Origin: Eledone cirrhosa
Lineage: Eukaryota
Length of the DNA: 64,000 nucleotides
Reading direction: 5' to 3'
NCBI GenBank assembly: GCA_964016885.1
Contig: OZ024750.1
Coordinates: 32,116,001 to 32,180,000, forward strand
This document shows positions 1 through 12,489 of this stretch, piece by piece. Position 1 is the stretch's first letter. Every line of letters begins with the position of its first letter. Position numbers and translations under genes: made by a program. Under the pieces are notes generated by a model. The model did not search any database. It was not told where the DNA came from and saw only the letters and a program-made list of their open reading frames with translations.

Positions 1-15
1 TGTTCTAGGATCAAG

Positions 16-1537
16 GTGAACGGCTACCTTTCGAAGCCGTTCGAAATCACACGATCCATTCGACAGGGGTGCCCTCTCTCCTCCCTTCTGTACGTATTGA
101 CTCTCGAGCCTTTACTGAGGAAGTTGGAGTTGTTGCAGGGTATCCCCCTGGAACCAGGATTGAGCAAAGCGGTGTCGGCCTACGCCGATGACGTAACAGT
201 AATGGTATCAACCGACTCGGAGATCGAGGCGATCGGTACCTTACTGGAGGAGTACGAAAGGTTGTCAGGAGCGAAACTGAACCGGGAAAAATCCATCGGG
301 CTGCAACTCGGAACGTGGAGAGGCAAACCGATGCCTCCTGACGGTGTCGTCGGACACTGGACGGAGGGCCCGGTAAAGTTGCTTGGGGTCTGGTTTGGAC
401 CGGACCTCCAGGTGGAAAAGAACTGGAACGAGGTTACGAACAAGGTGTTTGCACTAACCCAGAAATGGGCCAAGTGTAAGCTGTCCCTAAAAGGCCGGGC
501 GGAGGTGGCGAACATTTACATAGCGTCCGTCACTTACTACCGCCTGACTGTCGTGCCTTGCCCTAAGGAAACACTCACCACCATGGAACGCATGCTCTTC
601 CAATTTCTTTGGAAGAAGCGTCCTCCTATGGTGAGAAGATCCATCTGCTGCCAACAACCTTCGAAAGGAGGGCTGGGGATGCCGTGGTTGATGATGCGTA
701 GGCACGCATTAAGGCTACGGCACCTACAGGTATTCCTCACTGGTCAACCGGTGTGGGCTCCGTTCGTGAAACGAGCCTTTCCGAGACTCGTCTCACTCAC
801 CGAGCTACGGTCCTGGGTCAAGCAAAGATCCGGAAAACTGGGAGACTGGCACACTGAGTGTGCTCAGGCGCTCAGGGCTCTCTGGCAAGCGGGCCGGGCC
901 ATCGGTGGAGAATCCACCTCATCATTCTATAGAGGGCTGGTGGCTAGCAGGGGCGATGACACCCTTGGAGAGTCGCTGGACATGGAAGAAGACGAACTGG
1001 CCAGCCTGTTCGGTAGGACTTTCGGCCCAGGACCAATGGACAACTTCCAGAAGTCACTGGCCTGGCAGTGCTACCGAGGGGCTCTACCCGTTCGAGAGAG
1101 GCTCTACAGACACGGGCGCCCGGGCAGGGATCCCTCAAAAAAGATTTGCCCTAGATGCGTGCGTCACGAAGAAACCGTAGCGCACGCATTGGTGCAATGT
1201 CCGGGCGTGGCTGATCTGTGGGGCTGCGCCGATTAAATTGACCGCCGAGTCCGTGGTGACAATCAAACCGCCTCCCCTCTTCACAAAGGAAGCAAAGGCG
1301 GTTTTTCTGTGCGTAATAGCCATGTTGAAAGAGGTTGTTTGGTGGACACGATCGAAAGGTCTGAGGTCAGGCAACTTCCTCTCTGGCCATAGTCTGGTCT
1401 ACTTCTTCCGATATCACTTCGGAAGAAGGATAAGAATGGAGAGAGAGGTGCTTGGCCACAGGCAGTTTTATGAAAGGTGGGTGATAGTGGCGAGAATGGC
1501 TCGTGTAAATGGGCCTTCTCTGTATACCATCCTGTAG
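16..1537 (+). pseudogene. L1/Tx1-clade non-LTR retrotransposon ORF2, 3' half (RT C-terminal part + zf-RVT), disrupted near 1236
   Basis: ORF has RQGCPLS, AYADD, GAKLNREKS, KGGLG and CPRC..HEET..HAL..C motifs. After a stop at 1234-1236 the C-terminus continues in another frame (1238-1537). Runs off the window's left edge. Confidence 0.92.
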
Positions 1538-1752
1538 GTAAAGAAGTAAAGGAGAGGGGAGCACCTTCTCCATATGCTCCCCGGGCAAAGGATTGCACAC
1601 TTTTTCGGGGGTGTGTGCAACCCCCATCACGTCCCCTCCCTTTTGAGGTTATTTTCGATTATTTTCATGTTACACCCTTTTTACTCGATTATATGTAAAC
1701 TCCCCCTTTGTATTTGTCCCTTCTTTTTATGCCTTTATGGTAAATAAAGAAA
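1538..1752 (+). mobile_element. 3' UTR of the Tx1 element with AATAAA
   Basis: AATAAA at ~1743, then a short (ATCT)n and (CT)n/(TA)n. Confidence 0.6.
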
Positions 1753-1801
1753 TCTATCTATCTATTTATCGTCTGTGACCCTCCCTCCCTCTCTCTCTCG
1801 C

Positions 1802-1854
<53 letters not shown>

Positions 1855-1889
1855 TTACAGAAATTCATTGGTTGTAATGTTATCTATAT

Positions 1890-2076
1890 AATTGTTTCTA
1901 CTTTTGGCACAAGGCCAGCAATTATTCCAGTATATTACTGGTACTTTATTTTATCGACCCCGTAAGGATGAAAGGTAAAGTTAACCTCGGCGGGATTTGA
2001 ACTCAGATCGTAAAGGGACGTAACTATGCTGGAAAGCATGTCCGACACTCTACCGATACTGCCAATTTACCGCCCT
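1890..2076 (-). mobile_element. tRNA-derived SINE, family A (central domain resembles Meta/MESC type), 15-bp TSD
   Basis: Reverse complement has A-box GGCAGTATCGGTAGAG, a GAGTTCAAATCC B-box, CTTTCATCCTTACGGGGTCGATAAAATAAAGTACCAG and tail GTAGAAACAATTAT. TGTTATCTATATAAT occurs at 1878-1892 and 2077-2091. Confidence 0.88.
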
Positions 2077-2179
2077 TGTTATCTATATAATAAAATGTTA
2101 TCTATATAATAAAATATATTTATAGATATACAACACTTATAGATTACTCTCGGTATTTTGGTCTTTGTATTTATTATTG

Positions 2180-2235
<56 letters not shown>

Positions 2236-2236
2236 T

Positions 2237-2268
<32 letters not shown>

Positions 2269-2271
2269 CAC

Positions 2272-2303
<32 letters not shown>

Positions 2304-2424
2304 GTATATAAATATGTATGTATATATATTATATATATATATGCATATATATATATGTATGAATATATATATATATAATGTATATATATATAATGTATAT
2401 ATATATATATGTATATATATATAT

Positions 2425-2630
2425 GTAGGCGTGTGGCTGAGTGGTTAGCGAATTGGATTCACAATCTTGAGATTGTGAGTTCGATTACTGGACCGGGCGA
2501 TGCGTTATGTCCTTGAGCAAGACACTTTATTTCACGTTGCTCCTTCTACCTGGAGTTGCGACCGATAGATAGTATTAGCAACTGGAAAGACCAACGGGAA
2601 CGTTGTTTCCTCGGTCCGATTTGATGAAAG
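2425..2630 (+). mobile_element. tRNA-derived SINE, family B (CORE-like)
   Basis: TGGCTGAGTGGTTAG A-box, GAGTTCGATT B-box, GTCCTTGAGCAAGACACTTTATTTCAC CORE-like segment. Confidence 0.75.
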
Positions 2631-2646
2631 TCGATCGATCCTTTCC

Positions 2647-3020
2647 TATATATATATATATATATATATAAGTATGTATATATGTATATATATATATGTA
2701 TGTATATATGTATATATATATATATGTATGTATATATGTATATATATATATGTATGTATATATGTATATATATATATATATATATGTATGTATATGTATA
2801 TATGTATATATGTATATATATATATGTATATATATATGTATGTATATATGTATACATACATATATGCATGTATATATGTATATATATATATGTGTGTGTA
2901 TGTATGTATATGTATATATGTATATATATATATATGTGTGTGTGTATGTATGTATATGTATATATATATATATGTATATATGTATGTATATATGTATATA
3001 TGTATATATATAGATATATG

Positions 3021-3051
<31 letters not shown>

Positions 3052-3567
3052 ACATATATATGTATGTATATACATATATATATACATATATATTTATATA
3101 TGTATATATGTATATATGTATATATATATATATATATTTATAAATGTATATATTTATATATGTCTATATGTATACATATATTTACGTATATATGTATATA
3201 TGTATATATGTATATATATATGTAAAAGAAATCAAAGAACGCCTACATACTCATACGGCAATGTTTCATCCATACCGTGGGGCAGGACTCATCTGAACTT
3301 TATAAACAAAAATATAGTGTTGAGTATAAGCTCTACAAAGCTGAGTCACACGAACATTAGATATACAGTACAGCAAGATAATAGGGAGAATGAAAAGGAT
3401 GGAGAGAATGCGTAATGGGGTTGTTATTCAACATTATGGCTAATATATAAGTATATATATATACGTATATATAAGTATATATATGTATATACATATATAT
3501 ATACGTATATATATATATATATACACATATATATACGTATATATATATATATACATATATATATACG

Positions 3568-3602
<35 letters not shown>

Positions 3603-3650
3603 GTATATATGTATATACGTATATGTATATATGTATATATATATACGTAT
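2647..3650. repeat. compound (TA)n/(TATG)n microsatellites with a short unique insert
   Basis: direct inspection. Confidence 0.9.
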
Positions 3651-3710
3651 CTCATACAAAGATTTTCCTTTTGAAGAAATCTTACTTCTCGCTCCACATA
3701 ATATCTTTAT

Positions 3711-4243
3711 GTGGATTGGCAGTATCGGTAGAGCGTCCGACACCATGCCTTGCAGCATAGTTACGGCCCTTGCCATTCTGTGTTCAAATACCGCCGAGGT
3801 TAGCTTTGCCTTTCATCCTTACGGAGTTGATAAAATAAAGTACCAGTAATGTACTGGGTAATTACTGGCCTTGTGCCAAAAGTAGAAACAATTATTATAT
3901 AATATATCGGCAGTATCAGTAGAGGATCGGAGGCCATGCTTTGCAGTATAGAGTTATGGCCCTTGCCATTCTGAGTTCAAATCCCGTCGAGGTTAACTTT
4001 GCCTTTCATCCTTACGGTGTCGATAAAATAAAGTACCAGTAATACACTGGATAGTTGCTGGCCATGTGCCAAAAATAGAAACAATTATTGTATAATATAT
4101 TTATTATGGCCCTTTACGTTCTGAGTTCAAATCCTGCCGAGGTAAACTCAACCTTTTATCTTTACAGGGTTAATAAAAAGAAAGTACCAGTGATGCACTG
4201 GTGTGATTGCTGGCCATGTGTCAAAAGTAGAAACAATTATTAT
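3711..4243 (+). mobile_element. three tandem family-A SINE copies (3711-3897, 3908-4089, 4105-4243)
   Basis: each has GTTCAAAT...CTTTCATCCTTACGG..GATAAAATAAAGTACCAG...AGAAACAATTATT or a close variant. Confidence 0.85.
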
Positions 4244-4403
4244 TATATCATTCTTATATTATTTGCCCACTTGTTCCTGAGAGTGTCGTGGGGACAGAGT
4301 CCTCAAACATTCACTTCAGAGGGTCCTGTCAGAATCAACCGTCTCTAATTGATCCGGCTGAAACCCCAAGCGAGACCAGCCAAACTCATTGATTTTATCC
4401 AAA

Positions 4404-4484
<81 letters not shown>

Positions 4485-4529
4485 TAAACAAATAATGAAC
4501 AAACAATTCTTTATATTAAACAAAAAAAG

Positions 4530-4684
4530 TTCACTATTTAACGATCGTTTCTAGGGCATATATGTGTTATAATTGGTATGCATATTTAACAGATCTATGT
4601 ACAAAATTATACAAAATTATACAAATTATCAAGATTAAATATACATACCTAACTCATATATACGCCGTCTTCAGAAATAATGAA
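4530..4684 (-). ncRNA. type I hammerhead ribozyme (mirror of 12086-12240)
   Basis: reverse complement: TTCATTATTT-CTGAAGA-long stem II-GAAA-CGATC-GTT-AAATAGTGAA. Confidence 0.8.
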
Positions 4685-5453
4685 GTATATTTATTGATAA
4701 TAACAACAATTCAAAATATCAGTTCAAAATTGACCAATGAAAACACAAAGGGTTAAAAAGCAGTTTGGTGTGTGTATATACATGTAAAACCCCACACACA
4801 TTTTACAATAATGTGTGTATAATCTGTATGTGCATACTAAAAAGATGGATGCAAATAAAAAATTTCAAGGTTAATATCTCTGTAAGCTTAATGCGCTGAT
4901 AAGATACGCAATGATACTTATGGAGTCAAGCATATAAATATATTTTTTTCATACTCACACATATCAGTATAATCACACATACATGTGCGTATATATATAA
5001 ATATACACATAACCACGAACACACAAACACACACACTCCCCCACTCACATTTATATATGTGGATATAAAATCATAAGCAAATAGAAATTAAGTCACTCAC
5101 ATAAACACACTGGTACACACATTTCAAGATCAAGATACAGAAATTAGGTGGGAGGGGGGGGGAGGGGTCAGTATTAGACTGTCAGACCAGACAACCTTAA
5201 TATAAATGTATCTATAAATTATGAAAAATAAAAAAATAAAAACAATAAAGTATAATACATATAATATAATGTACGTACGCATACAGATATACATACACAT
5301 ACATACATGTACGCGCACATAGAGATATCTATACATACATACATACACACATACCTATACTGTCATACACACACATACATTTACACGAACATACACATAC
5401 ACATATAAAAAGATATAAATACGGACACACACACGCGCAACACATACATACAT

Positions 5454-5504
<51 letters not shown>

Positions 5505-5613
5505 TATACACACACACGTAGACTCATATATATATACATACACATACATACATTTATACACAAACATATATATCCCACACTCATACCACCATAAAAACAC
5601 ATACAAACATCCA

Positions 5614-5664
<51 letters not shown>

Positions 5665-5760
5665 ACATACACACACGTACACACATATGTATATATACAT
5701 ACATATATACACACATACACATATATATATATCCACACACACACATAAAATACAGACATG

Positions 5761-5791
<31 letters not shown>

Positions 5792-5887
5792 TTCATTACT
5801 CTTATATATACACATAGTATATATACATACACAACCTCACTTATACACATATACACATAAGTTATATTACAATAATAATAAAGAATA

Positions 5888-5918
<31 letters not shown>

Positions 5919-6067
5919 CATATATATACACACATATACACATATACATACACACACATACACATACATACATACATACACATACATACATACACCTAAA
6001 TATAAACATATATAAATACACACATACGAATAAAGACATATATTCACACATAGACACCTATATACAC

Positions 6068-6099
<32 letters not shown>

Positions 6100-6129
6100 C
6101 TATATACACACACATACACATACATACAC

Positions 6130-6169
<40 letters not shown>

Positions 6170-6198
6170 GGACACACATACAGACACACATACACACT

Positions 6199-6229
<31 letters not shown>

Positions 6230-6800
6230 GTGTATGTGAGTGTGCGCCAATACATATATATATATATACACACACACATACAAACACACACAAACTCATA
6301 CATATGCATACGCACACACACACACACATATACCACATAGATACGAAGATAAACATATAAATAGAGAGACATACAAATATATACAGAACCCATATACACA
6401 TACATACAAACACGCATATACATATATATACATATATACACACATATATATTCCTATATACAAGCATACACATACACACACATTTATACATATACATACA
6501 CATATACATATCACACATTCACATACACGTACATATATAATACATATATATACATACATATACATATATATGTATGTACAATCATATATACACACTCAAT
6601 CTTACATTCATATTTACATGCTCATATATGTATTTTTATATTTAGAAATAAATACCAAAAAAACTATAAAGACACCCATCTACACATATATTCATACATA
6701 TACACTTACAAAAACAGATGATAATAGTATGGGGGAAAGGGGGGGTTTGGAGAAGGGGATCAAAGTAAATATATGTTTCAAGAAACATATAATATTTTCC

Positions 6801-6893
6801 AATATTTGGCATTATTTGGCAATATTTGGCATTATTTGGCAATATTTGGCAATATTTGGCAATATTTGGCATTATTTGGCAATATTTGGCATT
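6801..6893 (+). repeat. 10-bp tandem repeat (AWTATTTGGC)x9 at the PLE1 inversion junction
   Basis: direct inspection. Confidence 0.95.
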
Positions 6894-8817
6894 GAGAAGT
6901 CCACACTTCAACCTGAAAGATCACAAATCTAACTTTAACTCTAATCCTTCTATTAGACTTATATGTCCCTCCAAATCAGATATTGGAATAATTAGCAAAA
7001 AAATTTTAGATAGAGTCATCCCACAAATAAGAAAATACGTTATTTTACCACTCTGGGAAAACACCTCCCAGGTAATTAATTGGTTTAAAAATATTAGGTG
7101 TAAATCTTCTGCTTCTTTCCTACAGTTTGATATAGATAATTATTATTCTTCTATATCACCCATACTCCTGAACAAAGCATTAATATTTGCTAAAAATAGA
7201 TCTAGTTTAACTTCGGATGACATTAACATTATTACACATGCTAGACAAACACTTATTGAATTTCAGAATGAATACTGGACCAGAAACACTTATAGTAATC
7301 TTTTTGATATTACTATGGGTTCAAGCGATTCTGCCCAAATTACTGATCTTGTGGGCCTCTTTCTCCTTTTCAACATAAATGCCTCTTTTCCCCACCTCAA
7401 AGGTGGTTTATATCGTGATGACTGTCTTCTTCTTTCTAACAACCTTAGCCTTTCAGAAATCGAAAAAAACAAAAAGCATATTAGAACTTTCCTTAAAGAC
7501 TATTATAATCTTAATATTACTTTTGAAAAAACAAGTAAAGTAGTAAATTTCCTAGATATAACTTTAGATTTAGCTACGGGTATATACCAACCTTACCATA
7601 AACCTAACCAAAACTTACATTACATACACTCACAATCTAATCACCCTAAATCTATCCTTAAAAACCTTGCATATAATATATCACTTAGAATTTCTAACCT
7701 TTCTTCTAACCAAGATGTATTTGATAAAAATGCGACCTTTTATAATGAAGCTCTAGATAGAAGTGGCCACAAAAATAGATTAGAGTATATACCTTCTACT
7801 AAAAATACTGAAAGCATACAGCATAATATTACCAACAAACACCAAATGAAAAGTATACACCTAAATGCCACCCACAGTATACCCCAAAATACTAAATCTT
7901 TTAATATAAAGTATAGTAACCCTCAAAAAACTACTCATCATAAGACTATAATAAATATTAATAATAAAACTCCTAATAAAAAAGATAAAACACCTAAATC
8001 TACAAATATAACTAAAAATAGTTGTGGTGAGATCATTAACATTATTCCTCCTAGTAAAAATCATGATACAACATATAAAAATAATAAAAATAATAAACAA
8101 CATAGAAACCGTAATAGACGAGTTACTTGGTATAATGCTCCTTTTAATTTACAAGTTAAGGATAATATTGCTAAAAAATTTTTTTATATCCTTGAGAAAA
8201 ACTTCCCGCCAAACCACAAATACCATCAAATCTTAAATAGGTCTACAGTTAAATTCTCATATTCTACAACAAATAACATAAAACAAAATATAAGTGCATA
8301 TAATGCATATAAATGTAAGAAAACTATAAGTATACCACCAGTACATCAAATTAACAATAATATCTCCTCAATTACAGAATTAACGAAAGGATGTAACTGT
8401 AGAAACAAAACAAACTGCCCATTAAAAGGGAATTGTCTTGTTAACAACATAGTCTATAAATGTAATGTTAAAACTAAAGATTCTATTTGCTCATATATAG
8501 GAGCTACCTCTAACAATTTTAAGACAAGATATAATACCCACAAACATAGCTTTAAAAATGCCGCACTGGCTAATACAACATCTCTAGCAGAAAAAATCAA
8601 TAGTTATAAAAATAAAAATATAAAATATGATTTGACCTGGAGTGTGCTCAAAAGAGCCACCCCTTATCAAAATAATAGAAAGGAATGTAGATTATGTTCC
8701 CAAGAACTATTTGAAATAATGAAGTCTAGGGATATCTTATTAAATAAAAGACAGGAATTAATTATATCGTGTAATCATAAACTAAAAAAAACATTTAAAT
8801 ATTATAAACCTAATTAA
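6826..8817 (+). CDS. 5'-truncated PLE polyprotein: reverse transcriptase + GIY-YIG endonuclease (Nematis-like); genuine homology starts near 6894
   Basis: LKDHKSNF..RLICPSKS, FDIDNYY, ITMGS, LYRDD, VNFLDITL, SNHP, WYNAPF, CNCRNKTNCPLKGNC, IVY..YIG..FKTRY, CRLC..E..LN, CNH. Confidence 0.93.
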   Translation: MALFGNIWQYLAIFGIIWQYLALRSPHFNLKDHKSNFNSNPSIRLICPSKSDIGIISKKILDRVIPQIRKYVILPLWENTSQVINWFKNIRCKSSASFLQFDIDNYYSSISPILLNKALIFAKNRSSLTSDDINIITHARQTLIEFQNEYWTRNTYSNLFDITMGSSDSAQITDLVGLFLLFNINASFPHLKGGLYRDDCLLLSNNLSLSEIEKNKKHIRTFLKDYYNLNITFEKTSKVVNFLDITLDLATGIYQPYHKPNQNLHYIHSQSNHPKSILKNLAYNISLRISNLSSNQDVFDKNATFYNEALDRSGHKNRLEYIPSTKNTESIQHNITNKHQMKSIHLNATHSIPQNTKSFNIKYSNPQKTTHHKTIININNKTPNKKDKTPKSTNITKNSCGEIINIIPPSKNHDTTYKNNKNNKQHRNRNRRVTWYNAPFNLQVKDNIAKKFFYILEKNFPPNHKYHQILNRSTVKFSYSTTNNIKQNISAYNAYKCKKTISIPPVHQINNNISSITELTKGCNCRNKTNCPLKGNCLVNNIVYKCNVKTKDSICSYIGATSNNFKTRYNTHKHSFKNAALANTTSLAEKINSYKNKNIKYDLTWSVLKRATPYQNNRKECRLCSQELFEIMKSRDILLNKRQELIISCNHKLKKTFKYYKPN

Positions 8818-10542
8818 TAACATTATTCTAGAATTTAATTTAATTTAAATGTTAGTTAACCTATAAATTTAATTTAATTAATATTTTATTACAGATGAGA
8901 AAATATTATGTAATCATTAATTTTGAAAAACCTTTAAATATTACTAATATATATTCAGTAATTTAATTTATAGATTAATTTTAACTTATTTTAACCTTTT
9001 ATTATAATTTTTTAATTTAGTTTAACCTTTTATTATAAATTTTTTTATTATAATTCTTTTACAGATAAAATATAACAAAATAATATCATGTATCCTATGA
9101 CGGAGAAAGAATTTTTAGTATTATTGACCTAATTAATATACATTTTGGAAATATATTTATTATTTGGTTTTAGCTTTAATCAACCTAAAACTTTAATTTT
9201 AACTTTAATTTGCTTAAAATTAGTATCATTGTACAGACAAATTGCAGAATGTCATGTAATCATAGAATGGGAGGTGTTTTTGGATATATACCTAGTTAAT
9301 ATATTCTGTGCACATTTTTTGAAAAAGATATGTATATCTATATGTATATGTATATGTGTGTGTTGTACGTGTATCTGTATGTATATTTATGTGACTATAT
9401 ATGTATGTATGTGTATATATATGTATATATATATATATATATGTGTATGTATATGTATGGGTATGTGTATGTGTATGTATATGTATATGTGTGCGTATTA
9501 ATTTTGATTTTTATTTGCATATAATTATATTATGCTATTGATGAAATACAATATCTGCTTTATGTATTGTATACCTAATTAACATATACTAATTAACATA
9601 TACTATTGAAATAAATATATAATTTTTAACTTAGTTAACATATAATTTATATGCTACTACCGATGTAATACTTTATTTTATTTTTATTTTTATTTGGGTT
9701 TCTTTTCCCTATTCATCTCCTAATATTGATACCATAACGTTATTAACTTTAATTTAGTTATAATGTAATTAATAATCTACTACTGTTTGACTTCATAATT
9801 CTGCCTCAAATATTATAAACCTAACTAATTTACACCTTGGAAATCAATATGTTGACTATCTTTGGTTTAGTTGACATATGATTAATAGTATACTTTTTTA
9901 TTTTGTGATGCATAGATTTCGTATTTCCTAGCACTGAAAATATGTTAGGAACATACATTGAATTAAGATATGGAAAATATTATATGTTTCTTGAAACATA
10001 TATTTACTTTGATCCCCTTCTCCAAACCCCCCCTTTCCCCCATACTATTATCATCTGTTTTTGTAAGTGTATATGTATGAATATATGTGTAGATGGGTGT
10101 CTTTATAGTTTTTTTGGTATTTATTTCTAAATATAAAAATACATATATGAGCATGTAAATATGAATGTAAGATTGAGTGTGTATATATGATTATACATAC
10201 ATATATATGTATATGTATGTATATATATGTATTATATATGTACGTGTATGTGAATGTGTGATATGTATATGTGTATGTATATGTATAAATGTGTGTGTAT
10301 GTGTATGCTTGTATATAGGAATATATATGTGTGTATATATGTATATATATGTATATGCGTGTTTGTATGTATGTGTATATGGGTTCTGTATATATTTGTA
10401 TGTCTCTCTATTTATATGTTTATCTTCGTATCTATGTGGTATATGTGTGTGTGTGTGTGCGTATGCATATGTATGAGTTTGTGTGTGTTTGTATGTGTGT
10501 GTGTATATATATATATATGTATTGGCGCACACTCACATACAC

Positions 10543-10573
<31 letters not shown>

Positions 10574-10602
10574 AGTGTGTATGTGTGTCTGTATGTGTGT
10601 CC

Positions 10603-10640
<38 letters not shown>

Positions 10641-10670
10641 GTGTATGTATGTGTATGTGTGTGTATATAG

Positions 10671-10702
<32 letters not shown>

Positions 10703-10851
10703 GTGTATATAGGTGTCTATGTGTGAATATATGTCTTTATTCGTATGTGTGTATTTATATATGTTTATATTTAGGTGTATGTATGTATGTGTATGTATGT
10801 ATGTATGTGTATGTGTGTGTATGTATATGTGTATATGTGTGTATATATATG

Positions 10852-10882
<31 letters not shown>

Positions 10883-10978
10883 TATTCTTTATTATTATTG
10901 TAATATAACTTATGTGTATATGTGTATAAGTGAGGTTGTGTATGTATATATACTATGTGTATATATAAGAGTAATGAA

Positions 10979-11009
<31 letters not shown>

Positions 11010-11105
11010 CATGTCTGTATTTTATGTGTGTGTGTGGATATATATATATGTGTATGTGTGTATATATGTATGTATATATACATATGTGTGTACGTGTGTG
11101 TATGT

Positions 11106-11156
<51 letters not shown>

Positions 11157-11265
11157 TGGATGTTTGTATGTGTTTTTATGGTGGTATGAGTGTGGGATAT
11201 ATATGTTTGTGTATAAATGTATGTATGTGTATGTATATATATATGAGTCTACGTGTGTGTGTATA

Positions 11266-11316
<51 letters not shown>

Positions 11317-12085
11317 ATGTATGTATGTGTTGCGCGTGTGTGTGTCCGTATTTATATCTTTTTATATGTGTATGTGTATGTTCGTGTAAATGTATGTGTG
11401 TGTATGACAGTATAGGTATGTGTGTATGTATGTATGTATAGATATCTCTATGTGCGCGTACATGTATGTATGTGTATGTATATCTGTATGCGTACGTACA
11501 TTATATTATATGTATTATACTTTATTGTTTTTATTTTTTTATTTTTCATAATTTATAGATACATTTATATTAAGGTTGTCTGGTCTGACAGTCTAATACT
11601 GACCCCTCCCCCCCCCTCCCACCTAATTTCTGTATCTTGATCTTGAAATGTGTGTACCAGTGTGTTTATGTGAGTGACTTAATTTCTATTTGCTTATGAT
11701 TTTATATCCACATATATAAATGTGAGTGGGGGAGTGTGTGTGTTTGTGTGTTCGTGGTTATGTGTATATTTATATATATACGCACATGTATGTGTGATTA
11801 TACTGATATGTGTGAGTATGAAAAAAATATATTTATATGCTTGACTCCATAAGTATCATTGCGTATCTTATCAGCGCATTAAGCTTACAGAGATATTAAC
11901 CTTGAAATTTTTTATTTGCATCCATCTTTTTAGTATGCACATACAGATTATACACACATTATTGTAAAATGTGTGTGGGGTTTTACATGTATATACACAC
12001 ACCAAACTGCTTTTTAACCCTTTGTGTTTTCATTGGTCAATTTTGAACTGATATTTTGAATTGTTGTTATTATCAATAAATATAC

Positions 12086-12240
12086 TTCATTATTTCTGAA
12101 GACGGCGTATATATGAGTTAGGTATGTATATTTAATCTTGATAATTTGTATAATTTTGTATAATTTTGTACATAGATCTGTTAAATATGCATACCAATTA
12201 TAACACATATATGCCCTAGAAACGATCGTTAAATAGTGAA
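12086..12240 (+). ncRNA. type I hammerhead ribozyme with ~116-nt stem II, predicted GUU site
   Basis: stem I TTCATTATTT/AAATAGTGAA; CTGAAGA 12096-12102; GAAA 12219-12222; palindromic stem III AACGATCGTT. Confidence 0.8.
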
Positions 12241-12428
12241 CTTTTTTTGTTTAATATAAGGAATTGTTTGTTCATTATTTGTTTAATATTTTATCTTGAC
12301 TCTGTATACCGTTTATCTTTCACCGAAATTGGATTTTCATTACATCTCTTCTTTCCATGATATCCGGAATACATTGAGTTCTTCATACGGATTGGATACT
12401 ACCGTAAACTCTTGGTAGATTTATCTAC

Positions 12429-12461
<33 letters not shown>

Positions 12462-12489
12462 AGATAGATATTTTATATATAGATAGATA

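Larger units (their letters stand above)
4476..12428 (+). mobile_element. Penelope-like element PLE1, fold-back structure (inverted arm 4476-6801, ORF, 3' UTR, arm 9971-12294, tail 12295-12428)
   Basis: 4476-6801 is the near-perfect reverse complement of 9971-12294; an RT-GIY ORF lies between; (TA)n flanks both sides. Confidence 0.92.

Noticed and set aside
6826-6893. Start of the 663-aa ORF (MALFGNIWQYLAIFG...)
   Set aside because: Derived from the junction 10-mer repeat; the element is 5'-truncated and probably not autonomous.
12400-12428. Helitron 3' hairpin interpretation of the tail
   Set aside because: No CTRR end or 5' TC, and the tail is physically linked to a PLE ORF and HHR.
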